From the NCBI GenBank assembly GCA_963749495.1, contig CAVVMW010000021.1, forward strand, positions 480,001 to 544,000: DNA of 64,000 bases, read 5' to 3'. The stretch comes from an uncultured bacterium. GTDB taxonomy: Bacteria > Verrucomicrobiota > Verrucomicrobiia > Limisphaerales > UBA8199. Of this stretch, positions 42,033 through 54,523 are shown piece after piece. A model generated the notes under the pieces. The model was not told the DNA's origin. It saw only the letters and a program-made list of their open reading frames with translations, and did not search any database. Each line of letters starts with the position of its first letter. Position 1 is the stretch's first letter. The position numbers and the translations under genes are program-made.

Positions 42033-44973
42033 TTAATGTGTGCTGAGCCGATAGTAGAGCCTGTCCGGCGATGGGCTGAAAGACCTGCCAGGTGGTGCCG
42101 ACCAAGTCGGGCTGGGCTGAGACGGTCGTCCAGGTGGTCATATCCGGGCTGCTCTGCAGGACCACGTTAAACGGACTGTAGGGCCAAGTCAGCAGCAGGG
42201 CGCGGGAGATGGATTGCTTGGCTGCCTCAATGGTGGAATAAACCTCGATTTCATTCAGTCCTTCGTAACCCGAGGGGTAGATGCCCGAGAGCGCGGTGAA
42301 CTTGAGGTAGCGGGCGGTCACGGGCGGGGTGACCTCGAAGACATCGGGCACTATCTGGTCCACGCCGGCCATGTCGCTCAGTGTGCCGGAGGCGACTGGA
42401 CGCGGATTGGGGAAGGTGGCGGTGGTGGTCGGGGCCGACCCTCCGTTGATCGCCGTCGGTCGGGTGCCGGCGGCCAGGGCCTGGATCTCGTCGGGAGTGA
42501 TGACGCTGAACCAGATGGCGACGTTGGTCACCTCTCCCAGCAACGGAGCAAAGCCGGGAACGGTTATCCCGGCCGCGCCACCGCCACAGCCTGTGCCGAT
42601 GGTCCAACGGTCGCCGCCCTTCCACATAGCCCCGAGCCCCACCGGGAGGGGCGTGCCCTCTTCCTTGCCGTTGATGTAGAGGTGCTCGTAATCGCCTTCC
42701 TGGGCGGTGACGGCCACGTGATACCAAACGCCGGGCTGCGCTAGGGTCGTGCCATCAATGGGCCCTGATATGCAGCAGAGCCAGGACTCAAACTGCCCGC
42801 TGGGCAGCACTCGCACCTCGTGCGAGTAGTCGTTGGTCTCCCCGTTAGGGTCGGTGCGAACGATGATGCTCGAGGCCAGCGACAGATCCGAGAGGTTGAC
42901 CCAGAACGAGAGGGAATAGACGGTGGGCTCCGTCATGCCGAAAGGATCGAGGATCTCCAGCCGGTCGCCATTTCCGGAGAGAACCAGGCTGTGCCCCGAT
43001 TTCAAGACCGCGGGCACATCGGTGCTGAAGGTTGGGGTGACGGGATTGCCGCCGGGGCTGGCCGCGTCCAGGAACGCCGCGTCCACCTTGTTCGTCGAAT
43101 GGTCGGTCGTATCCCCATCCAGCGGGTAGTAGCGATCGACGGGGCTGGCCTCAACGGTTGCGTTGGTGGTGATGATGACGCCGTCAACGGCGCTGAGATC
43201 GAACTGTGCCGTGCCTCGATCGTTGCAGGAGCCGTTATGAGTGTTGTAGAGGTTGACCGAGGAGATGGAGTATTCGCGCTGGAGATCCAGGACGAAACTG
43301 GCGTTGGTGTCGCTATTGACAGCCAGCCAATAGGGGGGCGGCTGTATCGCGCAAACATTCGTGCTTTCGTAGGTGATGCCGTCAATGACGGCATAGGGCG
43401 GGAAAGTGGGGCCGGTGTAATAGCTGCTGGCCCAGATGATGTTGCCGCTCCTGGCCACGTTGGTGCTGACCGTCTGCCCCGGGGCCGTCCGTGCCAAGGC
43501 GAAGAAGTCAGCGCTGTCGTCCGCCGCCTGGAAGAAACTGAAGTTGGTGCCCGTAAGGGTCGGCACACCGGAAAAGACGAAGGCGTTACCGTTAAAAACC
43601 GGCGGCGGCTCGACGGGGACCCAGTTCGTGGAGGGCAGGGTCCTGCTGCTGAGCAGAGGGAATGGGTTGACCGGCCAGGTCAGCTCGATCGCAGGCTTTA
43701 CGGTGATCGTCGGCATAGGCACGTCGGCAAAGAGTTGAAACTCGTCCAGACCGATACTGTTGTTTGAGCTGATGGGGTAGGCGCAGCTCAGAGCGTCAAA
43801 ACGCCAATAACGGGCCGTGACCGGGTTGGAGAGCTTATAGACAGCGGGCGTGATATTGGTCTGGCCGGTGACATTGGTCAGGGTGCCGGAGACCACGGCC
43901 GTCGGGTTAATCAGGGTCACGCCGGAGGCGGCGCCGACACTCAGGGGGGATGCCCCCTTGCTCAAACTGAGGACGGCGGCGGGGGTCAGGACGCTGAACC
44001 AGATGCCCACGTCGGAGATGAGTTCCGAGGAGGGCGAGAAGCCACCGCCGGAACCGGTCCCGATCTCGATCATGCCGCCGCCTTGCCATAGGGTGCCGAC
44101 AGCCGCTGGGGTGCCCTCTTCCACCCCGTTGACATACAAGTGCTCCAGCCCGCCGTTCTGGGCCGTGACCGCCACGTGATACCAGACATCGGGCTGGACC
44201 ACGGTCGTGCCTGTGACCGTCTTTTGAGCGCCGTCAAACGTATAGGCCTCAAAATTGAGGGCCGTGTTCAACCGGATTTGGTGCGACCAGGTGTTGTTTT
44301 CGTGCCCAGCGGCGGCCGTCCGCACGATAAAGCTGGTCGGCTGCAGGCTCCCAAAGTAAAGCGTCTGGCACATGACCCACATCGAGTAGGAGAACGCGGT
44401 CGGCTGGGCCATGCCGGTCGGATTGGCGATTTCGACGCTCTCGCCATATCCCGAAAAGGAGAGGGACTGCGTAAAATTCGTCAGGACCGCCGGGACGGAG
44501 TTGCTAAAGACCGGGGTGGTGGGAGTCAAGGAGGAATCGACCTCGACCGCGTCCACGCCATTGCCCGAGGAGTCGTTGAGATCCCCGTTAAACTTGTAGT
44601 AGCGATCCAGCGTGACGGTATTCGGGCCGAGCGTATCGCTGACGCTCACGGCAAAATTGGCCGTGCCGTCATTCTCGGCGGCGCCGCCGTGCGTATTGTA
44701 CAAAACGACCGAACTGACGGGGTAGTCGTTGAGGAGATCCAGGATGAAATAGCCGGTGCTCTTGCCGGCCGAGCCCACCCAAAAGGTGGGCGATTCATTC
44801 GGGGCCTCGTTGGTTCTCCCGTCAATCACGAGTGACGGGACCATATAAGTATTGAAGGAGCCGCCGCTTTGGATGATGACGCCGCTGGGGGCCACGTTGG
44901 TCACCACAGCCAGCGCCGGGTTGACGGCCGCCAACATCACGGCCAAGAGTGCGATTTGGGGGTTTGTCTTCAT
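42033..44973 (-). CDS. Secreted protein with two discoidin-like/LamG modules; frameshift near 42057
   Basis: Two WYHVAVT...YxNG LamG domains inside NVA..IDG..ILDL..LYN..ARY..E discoidin-like halves; shifted frame ends YYRLSTH*. Confidence 0.75.
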
Positions 44974-45194
44974 AGGGGTGGTTTCTGTCAGGTTCGTGTC
45001 AGGTTGCGGACATTTCGGTGCAGTCGCCTCGTGTCACGACATTTTCATAACAGCCTGGTCCCGAGCAAGTCCCGGCCCATTCCGTCTGCAATTTGAGCCG
45101 CTGCCCGAGGTAATCAGGGCCAAGTCTGGCACAAAACCCCAGGGCCGGGAATACCTGCTCTCACAATTCCCTATCTCCCATCACAAGATCGCTC

Positions 45195-46106
45195 TTGACC
45201 GCCGCCGAGGGCAACGGTAGGCTCCGCCCTGTGTACTACGACGGCTTCAGGCTTCGCTGGGCTAATCGCCGCCTGCAGACGGCCAATATAGTCATCGGGG
45301 AGGTCCTCTACGAGCCCGGCGGAGTTTGCGGACCGCGCGTGCAGCGCGACTTTGAGTTGGTCATCCTGCACTCGGGCCACTGCGAGGCCACCGTGGACAA
45401 GGCCCCCCGAACGCTGGGGCCGGGGACGGTCTATCTGTTCCTGCCGGGCGGGCATGAGCACTTCCGCTTTGCCTTGGACACTGAGACGCACCATTCCTGG
45501 TGCTCCATCCGCCCCGGTTTCATGCCAGCGGACCTGCAACAACGGCTTCGGCTCGCGGCGGTCTCCGTGCCTTGCTCGGAGGTTTTTGGCTTGCTCCTGG
45601 CGGCCGTCTTCAAACTCCGCCCCCCACGCCACGGCGCCGCCGGCAGGCTGCTCGAGCAGTTGGGCCTCTGCCTCTTTGCCGAGTACCTCAGCGCCTGGCG
45701 CCGCCTGGATTCCGAGCCGGGCTGGGATCCGGCAGTCGGCGCCTTCCTCCACTACGTGGAGGACCACTTCGGCGAGGAGAGTTGTTTGCAGGCCGCCCAA
45801 GAGGCCGCCGGGATCTCCAGAAACGCCGTCATCTACAAATTCCGCCAGGAACTGCACGCCACCCCGGCGCGCTACCTGTGGCGATTGCGCACCGAACGCG
45901 GCGCCGCGATGCTCTGTGAGACCGGCCACACGGCCGCTGAAATCGCCTACCGTTGCGGTTTCTCCAACGCCTTCCACTTTTCCCGGTTGATCAAACAGCG
46001 CTTCGGCCGCTCGCCCAGAGACTTGCGCCGCGAGGCCTGGGCCCAAGCCGCCCCCCGCGCCCCGGCGCCCGCTCCGACCGTTGTGCTGCCAGACAGCAAA
46101 TTGTGA
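45195..46106 (+). CDS. AraC-family transcriptional regulator
   Basis: Cupin N-terminus; C-terminal [26 protein letters not shown]. Confidence 0.9.
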   Translation: MTAAEGNGRLRPVYYDGFRLRWANRRLQTANIVIGEVLYEPGGVCGPRVQRDFELVILHSGHCEATVDKAPRTLGPGTVYLFLPGGHEHFRFALDTETHHSWCSIRPGFMPADLQQRLRLAAVSVPCSEVFGLLLAAVFKLRPPRHGAAGRLLEQLGLCLFAEYLSAWRRLDSEPGWDPAVGAFLHYVEDHFGEESCLQAAQEAAGISRNAVIYKFRQELHATPARYLWRLRTERGAAMLCETGHTAAEIAYRCGFSNAFHFSRLIKQRFGRSPRDLRREAWAQAAPRAPAPAPTVVLPDSKL

Positions 46107-46209
46107 GACCGGGCATTGCTGCCGGGGGTCGTTTCGTGGTAAACCTCAGGTTATGTTGACAAGGGCCATGTGCCAAATCGCAATGCCGGGCGTCTTGCCC
46201 AAGGCGCAA

Positions 46210-46962
46210 ATGAAACCCAAGCCTGCATCGCTGTTCGCTGTCATCCGTTCGCCTCGGTCCGCCTTCACTCTCATCGAGTTGCTGGTCGTCATCGCCATCA
46301 TCGCCATCCTGGCCGCCTTGCTCCTGCCATCCTTGTCCCGGGCCAAAGCCAAGGCTAAACAGACGCAGTGTCTGAGCAACCAGCACCAGATCGGCGCCGC
46401 CTCGGCGTGCTATCTGATGGATTCCGCAGACACGCTGCCTCCGTGCGTGGACTGGAACGCATTAGGCGGACAGAACGGCAAGTACGATGTCTGGAGTTGG
46501 GCGACGAACCGCCCTTTCTGGCGCTATGCAGCCAACCCCGCTATCTTCCACTGCCCGGCCGACAAAGGGGACGCGATCTCCACCGAGACGGTCGGTTGGG
46601 TCTGCACCAACTGCTGGAACCAGTACGGCACCAGTTACTTGATCGAATGGGCCGTCAACTACATGCGCATCCGGCGAACCTTCGGAGATTCCCTCAACCC
46701 CGTCGATCAATACAGCGCCACCTCCCTCAAGGGGTCGGATATTGCCCTTGGCCCGGCAACCAAGATCATCCTCGGCGACTGGATTATGCACATCAATCGG
46801 GGTTGGACCTCCTCCAACAGCGTCTGGCACAACTACCGTGGCAAGAGCCTGGTCAACCTTCTCTACGGCAACGGCCACTCGGCAGGATACAAGTTCCCAA
46901 CCTATCCGGACAACTCGTCGTTTTGGTCTGTCCCCCCCAATCCGACCTTTCTCTGGTGGTGA
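46210..46962 (+). CDS. Prepilin-type H-X9-DG protein, paralogue of 40697-41458
   Basis: [10 protein letters not shown]; shared DWxALGGQ, [18 protein letters not shown]. Confidence 0.9.
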   Translation: MKPKPASLFAVIRSPRSAFTLIELLVVIAIIAILAALLLPSLSRAKAKAKQTQCLSNQHQIGAASACYLMDSADTLPPCVDWNALGGQNGKYDVWSWATNRPFWRYAANPAIFHCPADKGDAISTETVGWVCTNCWNQYGTSYLIEWAVNYMRIRRTFGDSLNPVDQYSATSLKGSDIALGPATKIILGDWIMHINRGWTSSNSVWHNYRGKSLVNLLYGNGHSAGYKFPTYPDNSSFWSVPPNPTFLWW

Positions 46963-47464
46963 GCTGGACACGCGCAACATAAGGATGACTTTGGTATCTT
47001 TGTCGCAGCCTTTGTCGCAACCTTTGTCGAGCTCAGCCCGATTTCGACAAAGGTCTCGACAAAGGCTGCGACAAAGGTCGTGAAAGCCAACGGCCTTCCT
47101 CCCCAGGAACCGACACCAAGTCCGAAGGTTTTGGACTGCGGCAGTCCAAAACGCTTCGCGGGACGGGAACGCAGTGTCGAGGTTCAGGGGCGCAAAGCGC
47201 GAATTCGTTCGGGGAATTCTTATACGGATGAACTCAGGCCCTGTTCATCGCCTCCGCCAAATCGGCGGGCTGCGCCTGCGCGTCCGCCCCAGGCGCCAGA
47301 CGCAACTCGCGTTCGCGCTTGGGCCATGGGTCCGTGGACTAGAAGTCCACGGCTGCCATCGGGCACCGCTGCGCGGTGTAGGAACGTCTCCGTGTTTTGA
47401 TCGCCCATCCCCCCGCAACTTTTGGCTGGCCCTGCCGTTCCTTGCCGCGATACGATGCACTGCT

Positions 47465-50305
47465 ATGAAAACGCTCCATGCTCTGGTCGCGCGCGGCGGT
47501 GCGGTTGATGGCCTAGACGGCGGTTTGCCCGCCCCCGGAGAGGGGCGCAAGACCGGGGCGCGCGCAATCCCGGATTCCAGCGCCGTGGCGGTCGCGGCCC
47601 GGGCGGTCGGGCGCCCCTGTTGGCGGTGGCTGCCCTGGCTGGTCCTGGCGGTTCTGGGGCCGGACGCGCGTTCCGCGCCAGCCTTCCCGTTGCTCTCGTC
47701 CAACCAGCTCCAGTTTGTGAACCTTGACCATTCCCCGGTGGGGGTTTGCTCGACGCTCACCTATGGCTACACCGGCCCGGGTCCCCAGTGGTGGCAACGG
47801 GGCGACTGCTGCGGTTTGGGCATGTCCAGCGCACAGGTCCCGTACGGGGCCCGCAGGTATACGGCGGCGGCGGCCTGCTCATCGCATTGTCGGGCAGCGC
47901 CGGCGTGCAGGCCCTTCCATTTCTCGCGTCGCCCGCAAGCGTTTCGTCCAACGCCAGCTTTGTCGCCACCAACAATGCCCAGCGGACCTTAACGCCTTGC
48001 ACGGACCAATGGACGATTGACAGCCTCGGGCTCTCGTTCACGCATTACACGCCCGTGTGGTCGATGGCCAGCCTGAGCGCGGCCACGCTCAGCGAGAAGA
48101 AACGCTTCTTCCTCCCCGCAACCTGGCTGGTGTTCAGGGTCGTCAATACCCACAGCACCCCGGAGGACCTTTACTTCGGCCTGCCCACGGCGGCCACACC
48201 GATGAGCCTTGCCGATGGCGCATACCAGGGCTTTGCCGTGGGCGAAGCCGGACTGGCGGTCCAAAGCGGCACGTGCAACCTGTTGAGCGGTGCCAGCCTC
48301 ACGGCGGCACTCAACGGAATGAGCCGGGGCTTCGCCTTTCGCCTGAATATTCCGCCCGGCCAGACCGGGACCCTCGCCGTCGTCATCGCCTTTTATCGGA
48401 GCGCTGTGGTCGATCCCCGGACAGCGGGTTCTTATTATTACACCTCGCTCTTTCCTTCAATGGACAGCGTGGTGGACTCGGCCTTCGCCGGGTTGGCGGA
48501 CGCCCAAGTGCGTTGCCAGCAACTGGCCTCGGCGATGGCCGGCGCCCGCCTGAACCCGTACCGCCAATTCCTGGCCTGCCACGCCCTGCACTCCTACATG
48601 GCGAATACGGCTTGCCTGATCGATCCGAACGGCGGGGTCTCTTGGCGCGTCACGGAGGGGGCGTACCAGGTACATCAATACCTTCGACCTCACGGTCAAC
48701 ATGGCTTTCTACGAATCCCTGATGCACCCCTGGACGCTGCGCAACGTGCTCGACACCTTCTCGGGCGCGATCAACGGCGCGGGCTACAGCTTCGACCAAC
48801 CGCTATATGATCCCTCCGGGACGGAGGTGTCGAGCCAGGGGTTTTCCTTCGACCACGACATGGGGGGCTGGCCGGCCTCCGGCACCGGACCGGCGTATGG
48901 TGCCAGCATGGCACAGGAGGAGCTCCACACCTGGATTCTCTCGGCCGGGCTCTATTGGAGCCACAGCGGTGATGACGCCTGGCTGGCCAGCAACGCGGCC
49001 CTGCTGCGGACCTGCCTCAACTCGATGCTCTGGCGGGATAGCACCAACCCCCTCGCCAGGGATGGAACCACCAAGAACCTCAATGCGGGCGAGATCACGA
49101 CCTTCGACAACCTCGATGCCTCTCTGAATGCCGCGCGGTTCAGCGGGAGGCTGGCGGTGAGGAATTGGGCTTGTTACCTGGCCTTGCAGGCGATGTTCGC
49201 CCAGATCGGCGATGCGGCCGACGCGACGATGTGCCGGAACATGGCCGCCGTTGCGGCGCAAACGATCGTGAATCGCTGGACCAGTTACCGGGCGACGTTG
49301 GGTTACATTCCAGCGCTTCTGGATGGCAGCAATCCCTCCGCCATCCTTCCGATGGTCGAGGGTCTGCCCTATCCCGCCCAGATGGGACTGACCAACGCGG
49401 TGGACCGCGCCGGCGGCCCTTACGCCCCCATGCTCCAAGCGCTCTCGAATCATATGGTGGCAGTCCTGGTCCCGGGCAAATGCCTGGACGCCACAAGCGG
49501 GGGCTGGGACATGACCAGCGGCGACGTTGCCGGCAACTCTTACAATACCTGGCAAAGCAAGCTCTACACGTGCCAATATGCTGCCGAGACCATCCTGGGC
49601 ATCACCAATGGCACTGTGAACGGGACCGTGGATCAGGTCCATGCCACCATTCAGATACAGAACGCCCCCTTTCACGGGTGGTCGGACCAGTTGGACGGCA
49701 CCGGGGCCAACCGTTTTCTGGGCAGTCTCCATTACCCCCGCGGCGTCACAAGCGCGCTTTGGTGGTTGAACGCTACCAACAATCTGGCCTACCCGGCGGC
49801 CACTGCGGCCCCCGAGCCGCCCGGCGGCCTGCGCGCGCTGGCCGGCAACCGCCAGGTTCTGCTGCTCTGGGATGGCACCGCGCTGGCGGCGGGCTATAAC
49901 GTCAAGCGCGCACCCGTCAGCGGCGGGCCTTACACGCCCATCACCAACGGCATCACCGGCGCCAGTTGGCTTGATAGCGGTCTCCTCAACGGCGTCACCT
50001 ATTATTACGTCGTGACCGCCAGCAACCAAATCGGCGAGGGCCTCCCTTCCGCCGAGGTTGCCGCGACCCCTTTCGGCCCGGTGCCATCAACGGGCACGAA
50101 CATTGCCGCAACACTCACCGGCCCAAACATCACCCTCTCGTGGCCCTCGAACTATGCCGGCTGGATTCTCCAAACCAACGTCCTTGACCTTCGGAACAGC
50201 CTCGATTGGGGCGACGTGCCCGGTTCGCAGACCAATTACCGGATGAGCTTCCCGGCAACCGATTCGACACGCCCGACGGAGTTCTTCCGCCTGCGGCATC
50301 CGTAG
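47465..50305 (+). CDS. GH52-like beta-xylosidase with Fn3 and C-terminal domain; frameshifts near 47855 and 48670
   Basis: HSPVG, EGAY..INTFDLTV, PWTLRNVLD, HDMG, EITTFDNLDASL, YPRGVTS match recalled GH52 motifs; YNVKR...TYYYVVTA Fn3; ends FFRLRHP. Confidence 0.75.
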
Positions 50306-50312
50306 CCGGGAC

Positions 50313-50420
50313 AATGACAATGACGAATGACGAATGACGAATGACGAAAAATCGCGAAGCGTCCGGAGTCGGCAGCACGCCCGCACTCTTTCGTCATTCG
50401 TCATTCGTCATTCGTCATTC
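50313..50420. repeat. Inverted heptamer arrays (AATGACG)x4 / (TCGTCAT)x4
   Basis: Read directly; further array at 56490-56527. Confidence 0.9.
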
Positions 50421-50485
50421 CGCAATGGGTCAGATGTTGAGGTCTGACCGGGTTGCTCCTCCACCGTCGCGTCTCTGCAGCAGGA

Positions 50486-51908
50486 CGCAAATCCAAATCG
50501 GGGCGCAAATCCAAATCGGGGCGCAAATCCAAATCGGGGCGCAAATCCAAATCGGGGCGCAAATCCAAAAAATCCAAATCGGGGTCACATCTAGAATCGG
50601 TCAGGGTCACATCTATACTTTCTTACAATGTGAGTCCGCGAAACGGGTCCAATCCCGCATTTTCACACAGTGAGCAAATCCAAATCGGGGTCACAAATCC
50701 AAATCGGGGTCACATCTATACTTTTTTACAATGGGGGTCAGGCAAATCGGGGTCACATCGGGTCAGCAGCAAATCGGCGGGGTCACGGAATCGGGGTCAC
50801 GGAATCGGGGTCACATCTATACTTTCTTACAATGGGCAGGGACGGAATCGGGGCGGAATCGGCACGGAATCGGTCAGCACGGAATCGGGGTCACATCTAT
50901 ACTTTCTTACAATGTGAGTCCGCGAAACGAGTCCAATCCCGCATTTTCACACAGTGAAGTCCTAGAAAAAATGACGGTTCCGGCGTTACTGACCCCTCCC
51001 AATACTGACCCCTCCCAAGGGCGCGGCGGAGAAGGCGGCCTTGGCATGGTGGGTGCGGGAGCGCACGACCGTGCCGGTACGCTGGGTAAGCGAGCGCCTG
51101 GACATGGGGCACTACAGCCGGGTGGCACAGGCGGTCAACAAATCGGTCAACAAATCGGGGCGGTCAACAAATCGGTCAACAAATCGGGGTCGGTCAACAA
51201 ATCGGGGTCAACAAATCGGGTAACAAATCCAAATCGCAAATCGGGGTAATCCAAATCGCAAATCGGGGTCACATCAAATCGCAAATCGGGGTCACATCTA
51301 TACTTTTTTACAATGTCGAATCCAAATCGGGGTCACATCTATACTTTTTTACAATCAAATCCAAATCGGGGTCACATCTATACCCGGAATCGGGGTCACA
51401 TCTATACTTTCTTACAATGTGAGTCCGCGAAACGGGTCCAATCCCGCATTTTCACACAGTGAAGTCCTAGAAAAAATGACGGTTCCGGCGTTACTGACCC
51501 CTCCCAATACTGACCCCTCCCAAAGGCGCGGCGGAGAAGGCGGCCTTGGCATGGTGGGTGCGGGAGCGCACGACCGTGCCGGTACGCTGGGTAAGCGAGC
51601 GCGTGGACATGGGGCACTACAGCCGGGTGGCACAGGCGGTCAACAAATCGGTCAACAAATCGGGGCGGTCAACAAATCGGTCAACAAATCGGGGTCAATC
51701 TCAACAAATCGGGGTCACATCTATACTTTTTTACAATGTGCGTCCCAAATCGCAAATCGGGGTCACATCTATACTTTTTTACAATCAACAAATCGGGGTC
51801 ATCAACAAATCGGGGTCACATCTATACTTTTTTACAATGTGCGTCCCAAATCGCAAATCGGGGTCACCAAATCGCAAATCAGGGTCACATCTATACTTTT
51901 TTACAATG
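50486..51908 (+). repeat. Ladder of reiterated transposon left ends and stutters
   Basis: Many copies of AAATCGGGGTCACATCTATACTTT(T/C)TTACAATG and truncations; (CGCAAATCCAAATCGGGG)x4 at 50486-50557. Confidence 0.9.
50886..51140 (+). mobile_element. Non-autonomous RAYT-derived fragment (repeated at 51391-51645; its 3' part also at 55676-55916)
   Basis: Left end joined to a reading LAWWVRERTTVPVRWVSERLDMGHYSRVAQAV, resembling the C-terminal HTH of another RAYT-type transposase. Confidence 0.6.
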
Positions 51909-52011
51909 TGTGTCCGGCTCACCAAATATTCCGCATGGACATCCGAGGGACCGGTGCCGGGCGGCGCTTTCTTGATTGACCTTGCGCAGCGGAGGCGCTT
52001 TGCTCCATTGC

Positions 52012-53049
52012 ATGGCACGCGCTTTGCGAATTGAACGGGCGGGCGGGCGCTATCATGTGACCGCGCGCGGCAACGAGCGAAGGGCAATTTACCGGCAAGA
52101 CTGCGACCGGGGCCACTTCCTGGAGCTGCTTGGTGAACTGGGTGAACGGTTTGGCGTACGGGTTCATGGCTACGTGCTCATGGAGAACCACTTTCACCTG
52201 CTGCTCGAGACGCCGGAAGCCAACCTGAGCGCAGCAGTGCAATGGCTCAACGTCAGCTACAGCGTCTGGTTTAATCGCCGTCATGGACGGGCTGGACACT
52301 TGTTCCAAGGACGCTTCAAGGCGGTCGTGGTCGAGGAGGATGCCGGGTGGCAGGAGGTGGGACGCTACGTGCATTTGAACCCGGTGCGAGTGGCGGCGCT
52401 AGGCTTGGACAAACGGAAGCAGGCGGCGGGCCGGTTGGGCACCGGGGTTGCGCCGACCACCGAATTGGTCGGCAAGCGCCTGGAGGTGTTGCGTGACTGG
52501 CGGTGGAGTTCTTATCGCGGCTATGCAGGTTATTGTGCCCCGCCGGGTTGGCTGGTGCGGGAGCTTTTGGGACATTTGTCCGGCGGTCGCACTGAGGCAG
52601 AGCAACGGGCAGCGCTGCGCCAATACACCGAGGCCCCGCTGCGCCAAGGCGTGATAGAATCGCCGTGGCAGCGGCTGGTCGCCGGTTTCGTCCTGGGGAG
52701 CGAGGCATTTGCGCGGCGCTTGCGGGAGGAGGTGGGCGGGAACCGCCGCGAACAGGCGGCCGTAAGGCGACTGGCGCACCGAGTGAACTGGGAGGATATT
52801 GTATTGGCGGTGGAAAAGGTTAAAGGCCAGACTTGGCCGGAGTTCTGCGACCGATATGCGGATTGGGGCAGGGAAGCCGCCCTCTGGCTTGGGCGCAGGG
52901 CGGGTTGCCTGTCTTTACCGCAGTTGGCTCAATTGGCAGGCGGCATGGAGTACGACGCAGTGGCACAAGCCCTAACGCGCTTTGGGAAACGGCTGGAGCG
53001 GCACCCCGAGCTGCGCCAGCAAATGACGCGCCTCCAGAACGCATTGTAA
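52012..53049 (+). CDS. HUH Y1 (RAYT/REP-associated-like) transposase, copy 1
   Basis: YHVTARGN, HUH motif NHFHLL, GHLFQGRF, YVHLNPVR, WSSY; C-terminal HTH; stop codon lies in the right inverted end. Confidence 0.9.
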   Translation: MARALRIERAGGRYHVTARGNERRAIYRQDCDRGHFLELLGELGERFGVRVHGYVLMENHFHLLLETPEANLSAAVQWLNVSYSVWFNRRHGRAGHLFQGRFKAVVVEEDAGWQEVGRYVHLNPVRVAALGLDKRKQAAGRLGTGVAPTTELVGKRLEVLRDWRWSSYRGYAGYCAPPGWLVRELLGHLSGGRTEAEQRAALRQYTEAPLRQGVIESPWQRLVAGFVLGSEAFARRLREEVGGNRREQAAVRRLAHRVNWEDIVLAVEKVKGQTWPEFCDRYADWGREAALWLGRRAGCLSLPQLAQLAGGMEYDAVAQALTRFGKRLERHPELRQQMTRLQNAL

Positions 53050-53485
53050 AAATGTATAGATATGACCCCGATTTTCTGTTCTTCCCCGATTTTCTGTTCT
53101 TTCTTGATTGACCTTGCGCAGCGGAGGCGCTTTGCTCCATTGCATGGCACGCGCTTTGGGCAAAGGCAAATCGGGCAAATCGGGTCACAAATCGAATCGC
53201 AAATCGGGGTCACATCTATACTTTTTTACAATGTGCGTCCGGCTCACCAAATATTCCGCATGGACATCCGAGGGACCGGTGCCGGGCGGCGCTTTCTTAG
53301 CAACAAATCGGACAAATCGGGGTCACATCTATTCGGACAAATCTTCGACAAATCGGGGTCACATCTATACTTTTTTACAATGTGTGTCCGGCTCACCAAA
53401 TATTCCGCATGGACATCCGAGGGACCGGTGCCGGGCGGCGCTTTCTTGATTGACCTTGCGCAGCGGAGGCGCTTTGCTCCATTGC

Positions 53486-54523
53486 ATGGCACGCGCTTTG
53501 CGAATTGAACGGGCGGGCGGGCGCTATCATGTGACCGCGCGCGGCAACGAGCGAAGGGCAATTTACCGGCAAGACTGCAACCGGGGCCACTTCCTGGAGC
53601 TGCTTGGTGAACTGGGTGAACGGTTTGGCGTACGGGTTCATGGCTACGTGCTCATGGAGAACCACTTTCACCTGCTGCTCGAGACGCCGGAAGCCAACCT
53701 GAGCGCAGCAGTGCAATGGCTCAACGTCAGCTACAGCGTCTGGTTTAATCGCCGTCATGGACGGGCTGGACACTTGTTCCAAGGACGCTTCAAGGCGGTC
53801 GTGGTCGAGGAGGATGCCGGGTGGCAGGAGGTGGGACGCTACGTGCATTTGAACCCGGTGCGAGTGGCGGCGCTAGGCTTGGACAAACGGAAGCAGGCGG
53901 CGGGCCGGTTGGGCACCGGGGTTGCGCCGACCACCGAATTGGTCGGCAAGCGCCTGGAGGTGTTGCGTGAGTGGCGGTGGAGTTCTTATCGCGGCTATGC
54001 AGGTTATTGTGCCCCGCCGGGTTGGCTGGTGCGGGAGCTTTTGGGACATTTGTCCGGCGGTCGCACTGAGGCAGAGCAACGGGCAGCGTTGCGCCAATAC
54101 ACCGAGGCCCCGCTGCGCCAAGGCGTGATAGAATCGCCGTGGCAGCGGCTGGTCGCCGGTTTCGTCCTGGGGAGCGAGGCATTTGCGCGGCGCTTGCGGG
54201 AGGAGGTGGGCGGGAACCGCCGCGAACAGGCGGCCGTAAGGCGACTGGCGCACCGAGTGAACTGGGAGGATATTGTATTGGCGGTGGAAAAGGTTAAAGG
54301 CCAGACTTGGCCGGAGTTCTGCGACCGATATGCGGATTGGGGCAGGGAAGCCGCCCTCTGGCTTGGGCGCAGGGCGGGTCGCCTGTCTTTACCGCAGTTG
54401 GCTCAATTGGCAGGCGGCATGGAGTACGACGCAGTGGCACAAGCCCTAACGCGCTTTGGGAAACGGCTGGAGCGGCACCCCGAGCTGCGCCAGCAAATGA
54501 CGCGCCTCCAGAACGCATTGTAA
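53486..54523 (+). CDS. HUH Y1 (RAYT-like) transposase, copy 2
   Basis: Near-identical to copy 1 (three amino-acid differences seen), offset 1474 bp. Confidence 0.9.
   Translation: MARALRIERAGGRYHVTARGNERRAIYRQDCNRGHFLELLGELGERFGVRVHGYVLMENHFHLLLETPEANLSAAVQWLNVSYSVWFNRRHGRAGHLFQGRFKAVVVEEDAGWQEVGRYVHLNPVRVAALGLDKRKQAAGRLGTGVAPTTELVGKRLEVLREWRWSSYRGYAGYCAPPGWLVRELLGHLSGGRTEAEQRAALRQYTEAPLRQGVIESPWQRLVAGFVLGSEAFARRLREEVGGNRREQAAVRRLAHRVNWEDIVLAVEKVKGQTWPEFCDRYADWGREAALWLGRRAGRLSLPQLAQLAGGMEYDAVAQALTRFGKRLERHPELRQQMTRLQNAL

Noticed and set aside
50341..52034. Repeat-peptide ORFs (QIQIGA, IGVTSILFYN, KSGSHLYF)
   Set aside because: These are translations of DNA end repeats, open in several frames with no start context.
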